Notes under the pieces: generated by a model | What the model was told of the DNA's origin: nothing | What the model saw: the letters and a program-made list of their open reading frames with translations, nothing else | Database searches by the model: none | Program-made: the position numbers and the translations under genes | DNA from: a virus | Length of the DNA stretch: 64,000 bases | Direction: 5' to 3' (one strand) | IMG/VR virus record: IMGVR_UViG_3300044640_001517 | Location: 1-64,000 of that record | Shown: positions 46,231-55,700 of the stretch, in pieces | How the letters are laid out: every line of letters begins with the position of its first letter | Numbering within the stretch: the first letter of the stretch is position 1

Positions 46231-46542
46231 GTCAGAGTACTGCTCCACCAACCAAGCAACAATGCTGCTCAACTGCTCAACGTCGACGATCTTGTCATCA
46301 CTTTGCACGAGTTCGTCAAAACGAACGTAGCTTTCTTGGACAAGAACAAGTTCAAAAAACCTGTTAATGATTGCGGCAGCCTCGGCTGGGTTATCTTGAC
46401 TAGATGACTTTGCTACGAGGTCTAAAAGAACTTTTCCTTGCATCTTAGGTTTGCACTGAAAATCTTCACCGTGCAGCTTAAATGAAAGTGGCTCTACTGG
46501 TTTATCTTGGTCGCCTGAACCAAAATCTTTGAATCTTGCCAT
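46201..46542 (-). CDS. Tail assembly chaperone (gpG-like)
   Basis: Upstream of the TMP; F.L.GE.F.C, ..WLVEQY..RPT ending. Confidence 0.8.
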   Translation of the reverse strand: MARFKDFGSGDQDKPVEPLSFKLHGEDFQCKPKMQGKVLLDLVAKSSSQDNPAEAAAIINRFFELVLVQESYVRFDELVQSDDKIVDVEQLSSIVAWLVEQYSDRPTQPPAAS

Positions 46543-46594
46543 ATGTGTTTTCTCCGTTATTCGTCTGAAACTGCACCGTGCAATTTCTAGTATG

Positions 46595-46987
46595 CTACCG
46601 TACCATGTATAAGAAGCGTGACAGGTACCTATTTGGTCGCGTGCCTGGGTGCATCACCGCCCGTGTGTAGACAATTCTGCCTCGACTTGAGAATCTTAGA
46701 TGTGTGTTGCCGCCGTCTGGCGTAATGATGTGCGGCCGCGTACCTTCGTGGTGCATATACGCGTATCTAAGTGGAGATCCAATCGTCATGTCTTGCCCCA
46801 TGCGAGTTGGCTTTTGCGATATGCTGATTGACGCGGCGAGTGCTCCCGTGCGTTTACCTACGACGCCTCTGGCCGCCTGTTGAATCCGCAAACCTCGGCT
46901 AAACATGTGACGACCTACATCGCCTGTTGGATCTTGTAGCAGGTGAAATAAAGGTGCCCTGTACCAGTTGATTACAACTAACTGCAT
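46595..46987 (-). CDS. Neck/tail completion protein (HK97 gp10-like)
   Basis: RTG.L.ASI, YA..HHEGTRPH.I, V.HPGT.PN.YL. Start at ATG 46987. Confidence 0.75.
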   Translation of the reverse strand: MQLVVINWYRAPLFHLLQDPTGDVGRHMFSRGLRIQQAARGVVGKRTGALAASISISQKPTRMGQDMTIGSPLRYAYMHHEGTRPHIITPDGGNTHLRFSSRGRIVYTRAVMHPGTRPNRYLSRFLYMVR

Positions 46988-47490
46988 TACGGAATCGCCA
47001 TCGTAAGTTGCATCGTTACAAGTTGAAATCCACCTTCTGGTGGTGGAATATCTACTGTTGCGATTGTGCCAACGCCAAAAGTTCCAGGCTCCCACTGGTC
47101 AAGAGCATTAAGCGACTCCATAAGAACCCACGCATCTACCGCTGAGATCTCCGCGCCTTCAGATATCTTTTCTGGAGAGGGCGGACGTCCATTCATTCCT
47201 ACAACAGGTATCTCACGGGCAAGTGTAATCATCATCACAGCGGTGCGCGGCATGTTACATCTCTGCGGCATAGACGCCTGATCGCCTGGAGGACCTAGGT
47301 ATATCTGAATAAGAGAGACAGAAAGTTGCTCACAGTCAATTGCAACTTGGCCGACGTTCCAGTACCTTCTATTTGGTAGAGGGACGTTGTACGAGTCAAA
47401 TATCGTGATGATGGTCTCTAAGACGTTGTCAAGCAGGTTCTTTGCATTAAGCGCGTCTTCTGACACGTTTGCAATAGATGTAATTGCCAT
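46987..47490 (-). CDS. Tail terminator / head-tail connector protein
   Basis: Position; DCEQL.V and P.GG motifs. Confidence 0.6.
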   Translation of the reverse strand: MAITSIANVSEDALNAKNLLDNVLETIITIFDSYNVPLPNRRYWNVGQVAIDCEQLSVSLIQIYLGPPGDQASMPQRCNMPRTAVMMITLAREIPVVGMNGRPPSPEKISEGAEISAVDAWVLMESLNALDQWEPGTFGVGTIATVDIPPPEGGFQLVTMQLTMAIP

Positions 47491-47493
47491 AGG

Positions 47494-48636
47494 TTAATCG
47501 CCGATCGTGACTATTGGACTAAGTGACTGCGCGGCCATCTTAATCTGCAAGTTGCCCGAAGCGATGTACACTGTCTCAGTTTCGCCAGGTGTGACAAGAC
47601 TAGGACGTGATGCATACAAATCCCAGGTACCAGGGTCAATCAAACCAACTACGCTAAACGCCTTTCCGTATGGAACTGTCACACGGATAGCCGTATTGCC
47701 TGAGATATACTCAACGGCAGACTGATCAAGATCTAGAGATTTTGCATTTGACCAGTTGTTGAGTACAACCTGCGTAACCCAGCCAGTTCCGTCGAGCAAA
47801 AAGTTAGCATTTAGATAGCTAAGCGTGAGATCAACCGTACCATCAGCATCTTTATAGATCGTGATGTCTGTTGAAGATGCTGGAAGTTTAAGTTCTTTTG
47901 GATTAAGTCGACGAGCACGTGACATGTCAGGACTGAATACACGTGCACGGTTGCGTGCCTTGTCAGGGTTGACTGACTTCAAGAACATGTCAACCATGTA
48001 GATACCTGTTCGACCTTCTTGAACAAAGTCCTGAGGATCAAGAATCGTGTATGAAACACCTTGTCGTGAGATACTTGTCACGCGCTGTGGAAGTTCGCAG
48101 TCTTCTCCGGCCCACATCTTGCAGAACTCAATGGCGAGTGTTCTGGCGGCCATCTGTCCCATCGCAGGAGGTGGCGCGCCATATGTGTACGTGACCTCAA
48201 TGTTACAAGGCCACCAAGGTACGCCGATGGTCGGTTGAATTGTTGAGTGGTCTGAGAGATAGTAATAGTTTGGATTGACGATATTGCCGAGGTGATCTCG
48301 AATTGCGTGAATCTTTTGCACAGGCGTACCGCGAAGTTTTAGTCGCGCGCCTGGAGTTACGCCGTCAGACGCTGTCTCATAGTAGCTATTTGCTGTAAGC
48401 GGAATGTTCTCTATGTTTCCGTTTGCGATGATCGCCGTTGTCGTGCCAGTTGCAAGACCAAAGCTGTGCCAGCGTGTAAAGCAGACATACCGTTCTGTTA
48501 CGGTGTTTGTGCCGGTGTACTTTCTACCGGTCAATGCCCAGAGTAGCTGTGACGCCGATTTTGCCGCGTCGTACGAATACTCTGACTCCGAGTAGCTACC
48601 GAGGTCTGCTGTACTTACCCAGAGGTTTGTCATCAA
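47494..48636 (-). CDS. Head-to-tail adaptor protein
   Basis: ASQLLWALTGR, VTYTYG..PP..G..AA..LA.E, LP.RV.S.SRQGVS, TGI..VD.F...VNP. Confidence 0.75.
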   Translation of the reverse strand: MMTNLWVSTADLGSYSESEYSYDAAKSASQLLWALTGRKYTGTNTVTERYVCFTRWHSFGLATGTTTAIIANGNIENIPLTANSYYETASDGVTPGARLKLRGTPVQKIHAIRDHLGNIVNPNYYYLSDHSTIQPTIGVPWWPCNIEVTYTYGAPPPAMGQMAARTLAIEFCKMWAGEDCELPQRVTSISRQGVSYTILDPQDFVQEGRTGIYMVDMFLKSVNPDKARNRARVFSPDMSRARRLNPKELKLPASSTDITIYKDADGTVDLTLSYLNANFLLDGTGWVTQVVLNNWSNAKSLDLDQSAVEYISGNTAIRVTVPYGKAFSVVGLIDPGTWDLYASRPSLVTPGETETVYIASGNLQIKMAAQSLSPIVTIGD

Positions 48637-48664
48637 AGTTCCTATCTATCCGTAGCTTTTCCAA

Positions 48665-48708
48665 TGAGCGTGGCGCTTAAGTATATATTACTACGCGCGC
48701 CACGCTCA
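48665..48708 (-). terminator. Stem-loop after the major tail gene (terminator or processing site)
   Basis: 12-bp inverted repeat TGAGCGTGGCGC...GCGCCACGCTCA. Confidence 0.55.
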
Positions 48709-48719
48709 GATTATGGAAA

Positions 48720-49772
48720 CTACGATGTTGGGTCCTCAGTTGACGCGATGATGAAGTCGATCGCGTTATCTGCGTTGAAGTCCGCGTTACCAGGAACGTT
48801 GTAAGCAGTTGTTGAACCTTGCGAAGCAAAGTCTGTAACCGCACGACTATTCGCTGTAACAACCGCCGTACCAACCGCCGCACCAGATGTGATTGAACCT
48901 GTTGTTGTGGTTGTGTACGTAAACGTTGTTGTTGTAGGTGCTGAAACAATTGTGTAAGTTCCGTTTAAAGGAGCGTAGGTGCTTGTCAGACCAGCAACTG
49001 TAACTGTGTCTCCAGCAACAAATCCGTGGTCTGTGCCTGTGGTGATTGTTGCTGTTGAGCTTGTGCGTGCTCCAAGTGTTGTTGCAGCTGTGAGATCTCC
49101 GTGCCATGTGTAGAAGCCCTTGCGTCCGGTTGGAGCCCACGACGAACGTGCGTACGAGTACGGACGTTCTGTTGCAACTGGGAACTCCCAACGGTCATCG
49201 AGTCCGTCACCGAAGAGTGAGTTACCGATGCTGTAGCCTTCAAACGTCGTCGCAAGCATGCCGTTTTCAATAACACGGTCACCGCTTTGACGCATACGGC
49301 AGTAAGGGAATACCCAGTGGAAGTAAGGAAGCGTTGCTGCTCGCTTACCGTTTGCCACTGCAAATGACCAGCACTCAATGGCGACACCGTAGCCGGCTGG
49401 GTCGTCACCAATACCAGGCGATGACCAACCAATGCTCTTGTTATCTGGCGATGCAAATGATCCGAGGTTCTTGCGAAGCAAGAGACCACCGGACATGAGC
49501 TCGGTCAGTTCTGGGTCTGGTTCGCAGATAGCGAGTTCCATCGTCACACGCTTGAGTGTGTCAGGTGCCTTGTATGAAACGCAGATTGTTCCGTTTGCGG
49601 ACTTTTCTGTGATTTCATCGCCGTCTTCGTACTCAGGTGTAAATGACAAGCGCATAAAGCCGCTTGTTGTGTAGCTATCGCCTGCGTTGTTAAGCAAGTT
49701 ACCAGAAGCGTCGAGGCGCGTGATGCGGATCGATACGCCTTGAATACTTGCTGCGTAATCTTGGGTTGCCAT
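48720..49772 (-). CDS. Major tail protein with a C-terminal accessory domain
   Basis: R.TRLD..G, EDGDEI..K.ANG.IC, C..DPEL, E.WS, Y.HWVFP. Confidence 0.8.
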   Translation of the reverse strand: MATQDYAASIQGVSIRITRLDASGNLLNNAGDSYTTSGFMRLSFTPEYEDGDEITEKSANGTICVSYKAPDTLKRVTMELAICEPDPELTELMSGGLLLRKNLGSFASPDNKSIGWSSPGIGDDPAGYGVAIECWSFAVANGKRAATLPYFHWVFPYCRMRQSGDRVIENGMLATTFEGYSIGNSLFGDGLDDRWEFPVATERPYSYARSSWAPTGRKGFYTWHGDLTAATTLGARTSSTATITTGTDHGFVAGDTVTVAGLTSTYAPLNGTYTIVSAPTTTTFTYTTTTTGSITSGAAVGTAVVTANSRAVTDFASQGSTTAYNVPGNADFNADNAIDFIIASTEDPTS

Positions 49773-49792
49773 GTTTTCTTTTCTCCTTAGGA

Positions 49793-50668
49793 TTAGACTG
49801 TCAGGTCTACTCTGACTGCTAGATGAATTGTTGTATCAAAGTAAACCGCCGCTGGGCGAATTGCCTTGAGCTTCATGTCATTTTGGTTTCCGCTGACATC
49901 GTATGCTTGACCGTTGTTGTCGTTTACAACATCAATTTTTCCGACGTATACATGCACTGAGCCAGTGCCGTACATCCATTTATTTGCATCAGTTGCAGTT
50001 GCTCCAGTAGCACCAGTTGGACCTGTGCCAGAGTAACCAGATCCGATGATAACCGGAGTTCCAGCGACTGTCTCAATGCGCCCGTCTTCCTTATGAAAAA
50101 GCATATAGCTTGCGGAAAGAAGTCCTGCGATATCACGTGTCATATGAATGACGCCCTGCTCACCACACGGGGACGATGATCCGATCTTAAAATCAAGAAG
50201 CGCGAGTGCTCTCGCCGCGCTGATCGCTGTTCCGCTGTTTAGTACCGTCGCGGTAGAGGCTGACAATGCGATATCGTCGTGTGACTCTCCCTCGCGAATT
50301 GCGCCGTCCCAAAGTTCTTGCTCAATTGCCTTTTGTGTAATGCCCTCAATTTGTCGCGAAATTCTGTCAAAGCGATCAAGTGCAGTATACCCAAATGTTG
50401 AAATCTGTTCTTCTACTTCAATAAAAAATGGCTTGATCTGTGTGTATCGCGTTGGGGTACTGTCTGAAGCAATTGACGCTGACGTTGTGTCAGTGTCGTC
50501 CCAATTCTTTGCCGAGTAGATACTCGTATCCCACTCTTGCGCAAACGTACGGATCCACCGATCCTCGTCAGGCAAAGTAGTCGGCGCAGGCTTAGCCACC
50601 GAAAGCAGACCGTAGTCTGCTGGCTCAATCGCAGGTGCGACTACAACTCCATCTTTTGGAAATGCCAT
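49793..50668 (-). CDS. Second capsid-like / minor capsid protein
   Basis: Directly after the MCP; E.ELW.G, GVIH, GT.V..GSGY, W.Y.TG.V, N.....A.R. Confidence 0.6.
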   Translation of the reverse strand: MAFPKDGVVVAPAIEPADYGLLSVAKPAPTTLPDEDRWIRTFAQEWDTSIYSAKNWDDTDTTSASIASDSTPTRYTQIKPFFIEVEEQISTFGYTALDRFDRISRQIEGITQKAIEQELWDGAIREGESHDDIALSASTATVLNSGTAISAARALALLDFKIGSSSPCGEQGVIHMTRDIAGLLSASYMLFHKEDGRIETVAGTPVIIGSGYSGTGPTGATGATATDANKWMYGTGSVHVYVGKIDVVNDNNGQAYDVSGNQNDMKLKAIRPAAVYFDTTIHLAVRVDLTV

Positions 50669-50704
50669 TTTTTCCTCTAAGTTCCTTGTGTGTTTGTTTT
50701 GTCT

Positions 50705-50732
50705 TGGAGAGGCCTGTCTCCAGGCCCCTCCA
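50705..50732 (-). terminator. Stem-loop after the major capsid gene
   Basis: TGGAG.GGCCTG / CAGGCC.CTCCA inverted repeat. Confidence 0.5.
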
Positions 50733-50761
50733 CTACAAATTGCTTACTACTACCGAGTGGT

Positions 50762-52666
50762 TTAGTACTCGATAGCTGCTGCTGTTGCGCCACCTGTGGT
50801 GTCACGGAGTGCTGCTGCAACACCGTTAACCGAGATGGTCGATGTGACTACGAGTGACTCGACGCCAACCTTTGCGATTCCTTCGAAGGTTTCAACGAAC
50901 ATCTTGTAGTCGTTGGTTCCCACGAGTGTGGAGTCGCGGATGATGCCTACGTCCAAGGTGCCACCGTCGAGGAACAAGAATGTTCCTTCTGCAAAGATGT
51001 ACCAGGTGAACGTGTCTAGGAACTCGTTGAGTGCTGCAGACGATGACTGTGTGCCGTAGACGTTCAAGTCATGCGAGTAGGTGATCTGAACACCGCGAGC
51101 TGCGAGGTATCCATCGATTTCACCAGTTGCATTCATTGAGTTGTCGCCAGGCATTGCCAACGTAAGGTCTGCCACCATTGCGTCCTTGATCCAAGCTGGT
51201 GCGATTACGCGCAACTTGTGATCTGGGGACAAACGATGACGGCTACGCATAGCTACTGCTGCACGACCAACCTGAACGAGGAAGTCACGAGCAACGCCGA
51301 TAAGGCTTGTTGTCGTAACAGCTGTCGAACCAGATGTCAACTTGCCAGCGAGGTACTGCTCGGCCTCACGTGCGTGCTGAACCAAAGCAAGCTCGTTGTG
51401 ACGAGCAATCAACTCTGGGTAGGCACGTGTCATGAGGTTGCCGAACTGCAGTTGCAAAGTAACAGCGTCAGTTGCGACTGTTGTTTCTGTTGCTGCAGAT
51501 ACGGTCAAGCTTGACTTTGTTGCTGGGTCTGGGGAACCTGCTGCATCATTTGCTGCTGTCCAGATGCCAACTGCGTCTCCGTATTCGCTCAGCACTGGCG
51601 GAACGATGTAACGGATACCACCGCGGTCTGCCGAGAATCGTGGAAGCGAGTCGCGGATTGGACGGTCAGTTGATCCAAAACCGAAGATGTCATACTTGAC
51701 TTCAAACGGTGTTGAGTGACCACCGGAAGCAACGAGTGCTTCTGGCGACATAACTGCCTTCATCTTTGCGATGTTGCTGTCAGTGTCCTGGGTAAGAACA
51801 CGTGATTCTGGGTACTTGGTTGTGATCGATGCCACGATGTGCTGTTCGCCGTCGCCACCCTTTACACGGCGCAAACCGTGCAAGCGTGAAGCCATAGCTT
51901 CTGCAATTTCTTGAGCATCTTTCATTGGTGATCCGGCCGTGTAACCAGGGATGTCTGCGCCAGCAGTGATTGCCACTGGTGCTGTTTCCTTCTGGCTTGG
52001 TTGACGGTCGGCTGGGGCTTGGAATTCTACTTCCAAGCCTGTGTTGTCTGCCGCGGCAGTCATGGTTGCCTCCTGGGCTTCCTGCTCTTGTGGAGCATTG
52101 GTAATTTCTGTTGATGTGCTTGCTTCAGCTTCGGCTGGCACTTCAATCGCTGCCTCTGCAACTGCTTCTTCCGCGACTGCGGCCTCTACGGTTGCTTCTG
52201 GAGCTACTGCTGCTTCAGCTGTTGCTGCTTCTTCTGTGGTTGAAAGTTCAGATGCTTCGATCACTTCTGTTGATGCTTCCGCCATTGGAGCTGCCTTCTT
52301 TTCCTCTTCAGGAGTTTCTGGCTTTTCTTCTTCTGGCTTCTCTTCTTCCATTGGAGCTGCTGGCATTTCTTCTGCTGGCATCTCTTCTGGAGTCTGATCC
52401 ATGCTCTCAACTGCTTCACCCTTAACACGCATTGCGGCTTCGGCTGCACGTGCTGCAAGCTCTTGTGCAAGAGCTTCACGACGCTTAGCTTCACCACGTA
52501 CCGTGTCGAGCATGTCCGCAAGTTGCGTCATAGCATCCACTGTCTGTGCTGTTGGCTCCTGACCCTCAACCGTTTCGAACTCGGTAACGATTTCAGCTTG
52601 CAACTCGGCGATTTGGTCGTCGGTCAAGCTATCGATCGTGTCGAGCTGTTGTTTGATACGGTCCAC
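50762..52666 (-). CDS. Major capsid protein with an N-terminal scaffold region
   Basis: GGAGGAGG RBS then GTG 52666; acidic Ala/Glu N-terminus, ALVASGG junction, RP.RDSLP.F...RGGI, GTLD.GI.RDS.L...ND...F.E.FE; strong codon bias. Confidence 0.88.
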   Translation of the reverse strand: MDRIKQQLDTIDSLTDDQIAELQAEIVTEFETVEGQEPTAQTVDAMTQLADMLDTVRGEAKRREALAQELAARAAEAAMRVKGEAVESMDQTPEEMPAEEMPAAPMEEEKPEEEKPETPEEEKKAAPMAEASTEVIEASELSTTEEAATAEAAVAPEATVEAAVAEEAVAEAAIEVPAEAEASTSTEITNAPQEQEAQEATMTAAADNTGLEVEFQAPADRQPSQKETAPVAITAGADIPGYTAGSPMKDAQEIAEAMASRLHGLRRVKGGDGEQHIVASITTKYPESRVLTQDTDSNIAKMKAVMSPEALVASGGHSTPFEVKYDIFGFGSTDRPIRDSLPRFSADRGGIRYIVPPVLSEYGDAVGIWTAANDAAGSPDPATKSSLTVSAATETTVATDAVTLQLQFGNLMTRAYPELIARHNELALVQHAREAEQYLAGKLTSGSTAVTTTSLIGVARDFLVQVGRAAVAMRSRHRLSPDHKLRVIAPAWIKDAMVADLTLAMPGDNSMNATGEIDGYLAARGVQITYSHDLNVYGTQSSSAALNEFLDTFTWYIFAEGTFLFLDGGTLDVGIIRDSTLVGTNDYKMFVETFEGIAKVGVESLVVTSTISVNGVAAALRDTTGGATAAAIEY

Positions 52667-52799
52667 TGTCCCTCCTCCGGGATCAGTCACGATAGACCCA
52701 CTTTAGGTCTATCTGGGGCTTCTGTCCATGGAGAGGGACTCTTGCACCGATGTGCAGAGGCACTCACCTAGGAATAACAATAACACTAACTAAAATGTC

Positions 52800-55700
52800 T
52801 TATGTCAATAATCTCAACAGCTTGCTCATCTCTGATGAGACCTCACTCTGAGAATACACGTCTCCGCCAGACTTATAGCTGCGGAGTGACTCGGTGGCGA
52901 TGTCGGCGTCTTCCTTGCCGATCTTCGCCTCAACCTTTGCGATCATGTCGTCGATCAGATCCCTAAGAACTGGCGGCAGGTCACTAAATCGAACCTTCTG
53001 TGCCTCTTTACCAAAAGGAAGTGGAAGGTTTGACAGGACCTGGCCTAACAACCTTGCTGATTCCCTAACGTTTCCAAGGGCTGTGGCGTCTAAAGCCCCA
53101 GAATCAAGGCGGTCGATAAGGCTAATAAGTTGCGCAGAAGACTTCGCCGCGGCGTCGTAGTCGCCAAGACTTTCGTTATTCTGTGCTTCCTCGAGCTTCT
53201 CCATCAGCTGCGCGTTTCCACCTGTTCCAAGGTCTTGCTTGAGACGTGCGAGCACATCCCTAAACTTTCCCTTTACGTCACGGGGTTGGTTGACGCCAGA
53301 GATATATTTCCCAGGTGTATTGGAAACTGCTTCTGGACTATTCGGTTTCACCGCTGGTAGGGCTGCTAAAAGCCCCTCCTTGGCTGAGGCCACGCGGGCA
53401 CGGAGTTCTTCGATCTTTCGAGTGTTCTCCGCAGTTGCGCTTTCCGCAGCTGTTTTCGCAGCCGCTACTCGTGCTTGGATATCGGTAACAACTTCTTCGT
53501 CAATGAGACCTGCTGTCTTCCACTGTTCTGGAACCAGCTCGGACTTACCAAGTCCTCGCGCCTTCTTGATGATGTGACGGCGAACCGCGGCACGCTTACC
53601 TGGCTTTGAACGGCCGTACGCTTGGATCGCGTTCTTGAGGTCTTCCTCGTTGCGGATTGGATATGAACCATCTGGAAGAGCCTTGCCTTCACTTGCTAGA
53701 CGCTCACGGGCCGCCTTCGAGATGTATCCGAATGTCTCATACTCAAAGCTACTGCGTACGCGGTTTGAAAGCTCCAAGGCCTGTGCCGCAAGTTCTGCGT
53801 TTTCTTTTCCTTCAAGCTTTGCGATGCGACTTGTGAGTTCAGCCATTGGATCTACCTTCATCTTTGCAAGTACCTGGGCACCTGCGGCGACGAGAGCGTA
53901 GACCTGACCTGATGCAACGCGTGCGCGTGCGATCGGGAAGCCGGGCACGTTTACCTGACACACAGCAACAAGTTCAAGCGCGCCGTTGATCGGACGCCAG
54001 TCACCCGACGGAGCTGATGCACGCAATGCACGAATCTGCTCAGGCGTTGCGTTTGGACGAAGCGCACCTGCGACCCAGATGCCGTAGGCATCTTCGCCGG
54101 CGTGAACGTCTGCGATCGCTGAACCAGTGTCGTCATAGTGGCGGGCGGCTTCTAGTGCGCTGGCCTCAAGTGATGCGTGTCCACCTGCGAGCGTCAGTTG
54201 ACCGACAGGATAGTCCTTGCCGTCATCTGCGCGAACAACACCTGTGTGGAAGTACGCGTAACCTGTGCGACTCTTTGGCGCGCGGGTACCGCTACGCATG
54301 CCGATGTGGTCTGTCTGCCACGACGCGATGTGGCCAAACACTCGGCCAAGATCATCAACTGTAAGTGGTGTAGGTCCGCTAAGTTGCGGATTTACAAACC
54401 AGTCAGAAGGTGGAACTGTTGGGATCGCCCCAGCAAGAATTCCGCAGGCCACGATCGCGGCTGCGTCCATCGGATCCATATCTTCTTCTACGTAGACTCC
54501 GTCTGGAATCTGTTCCATATTTCCCTCCTGGGATTCTCCAGATGTGTCTGCTACATCCTCCAAGTAGATCTTGCATTCTTCGAATGCAGGCTTTGGAACA
54601 ATTGTGACAGCCATAACCCTGGCCTTTGTGATTGTTATTTTATCACCGCCAATTTTCTTCTCTTTTGGAGAATCTGCGGCTTCGTCCTTTGCATCTTCAT
54701 TTGCCTCAAAACGATCGAGGTCTGCTGATACTCCGCGTAGGAATCCTTGACGGACCATACGCTCGGCCTCTTTGCCGTATGCGTTTGTGTCAAATACTCC
54801 ATGCGCATTTCCAATACCGTTCTCGGTACGTTCCATCTTGTCAATACGACCTACAACGACAGAGCCATTGTGGCCATCTGCGGTCTTGATCTGCCAGAGT
54901 AGAGGCAGCGGCAAGGCACGGACACTGATCGCATTTTTCTTAAACTTTCGACCGTCACCTGACTCAGTATCTTCAGGTATGACCAGCGGGATCATGAACT
55001 TTGAACCCATCATCGTGTCTTCAGCCGACGCCGTGAGTACACGATCGCGTGCCTCCTGTGCCTCCGCCTGTCGCACGATTGCGTCAATAACTGCTTCTTC
55101 ATCGACAAGATCAAAACCACTTGCCTTGATTGACTTGGCGTTCTTCTTGCCGACGTTGTACTTGCTGCCAGGCCAGACGCCTGTCGCCTCCTTGTGACGA
55201 AGTGCACAGTAGCCCTTGGCTCGTGGACCCATGTACTTTGCGAGATGGTGGAAGCAACGCGTCCAGTCGCCTGGCGTGTTCCAGCGGATCTTCAACGCGC
55301 CGCGACCAAACAACCAGTAGTGACGTAGCTTCTCGGCTTTTCCGCGATTACGATCAACTCCACCTGCGGCTGTCAACGAATCAATGTCATCAAGCTCGGC
55401 CATGAGCGCCACAACGCCTGCTTCAGGCGCCCAGTCAGCTTCATAGTTGTCATCTTCGATCGCGTAGATCTCTTCAAGACTTAGGCGCATGTCGTCTTCG
55501 GTGACATCTGTTCCAGAGCCGTAACCGACGACACCGTCGTGATCTACAAGCTCTGCGTACTCGGCCTTAAAGCCATCTGACGCCTCGGCAGCTGTTAGAT
55601 ACTTCTTGGTCTTTTTCTTCTTGTTTGAACCAAAGATGTCGTACACAGGCTGCTCAATGATGAACTCATTAACGGATTGATTCTTGCTCTTACCGCCGTG

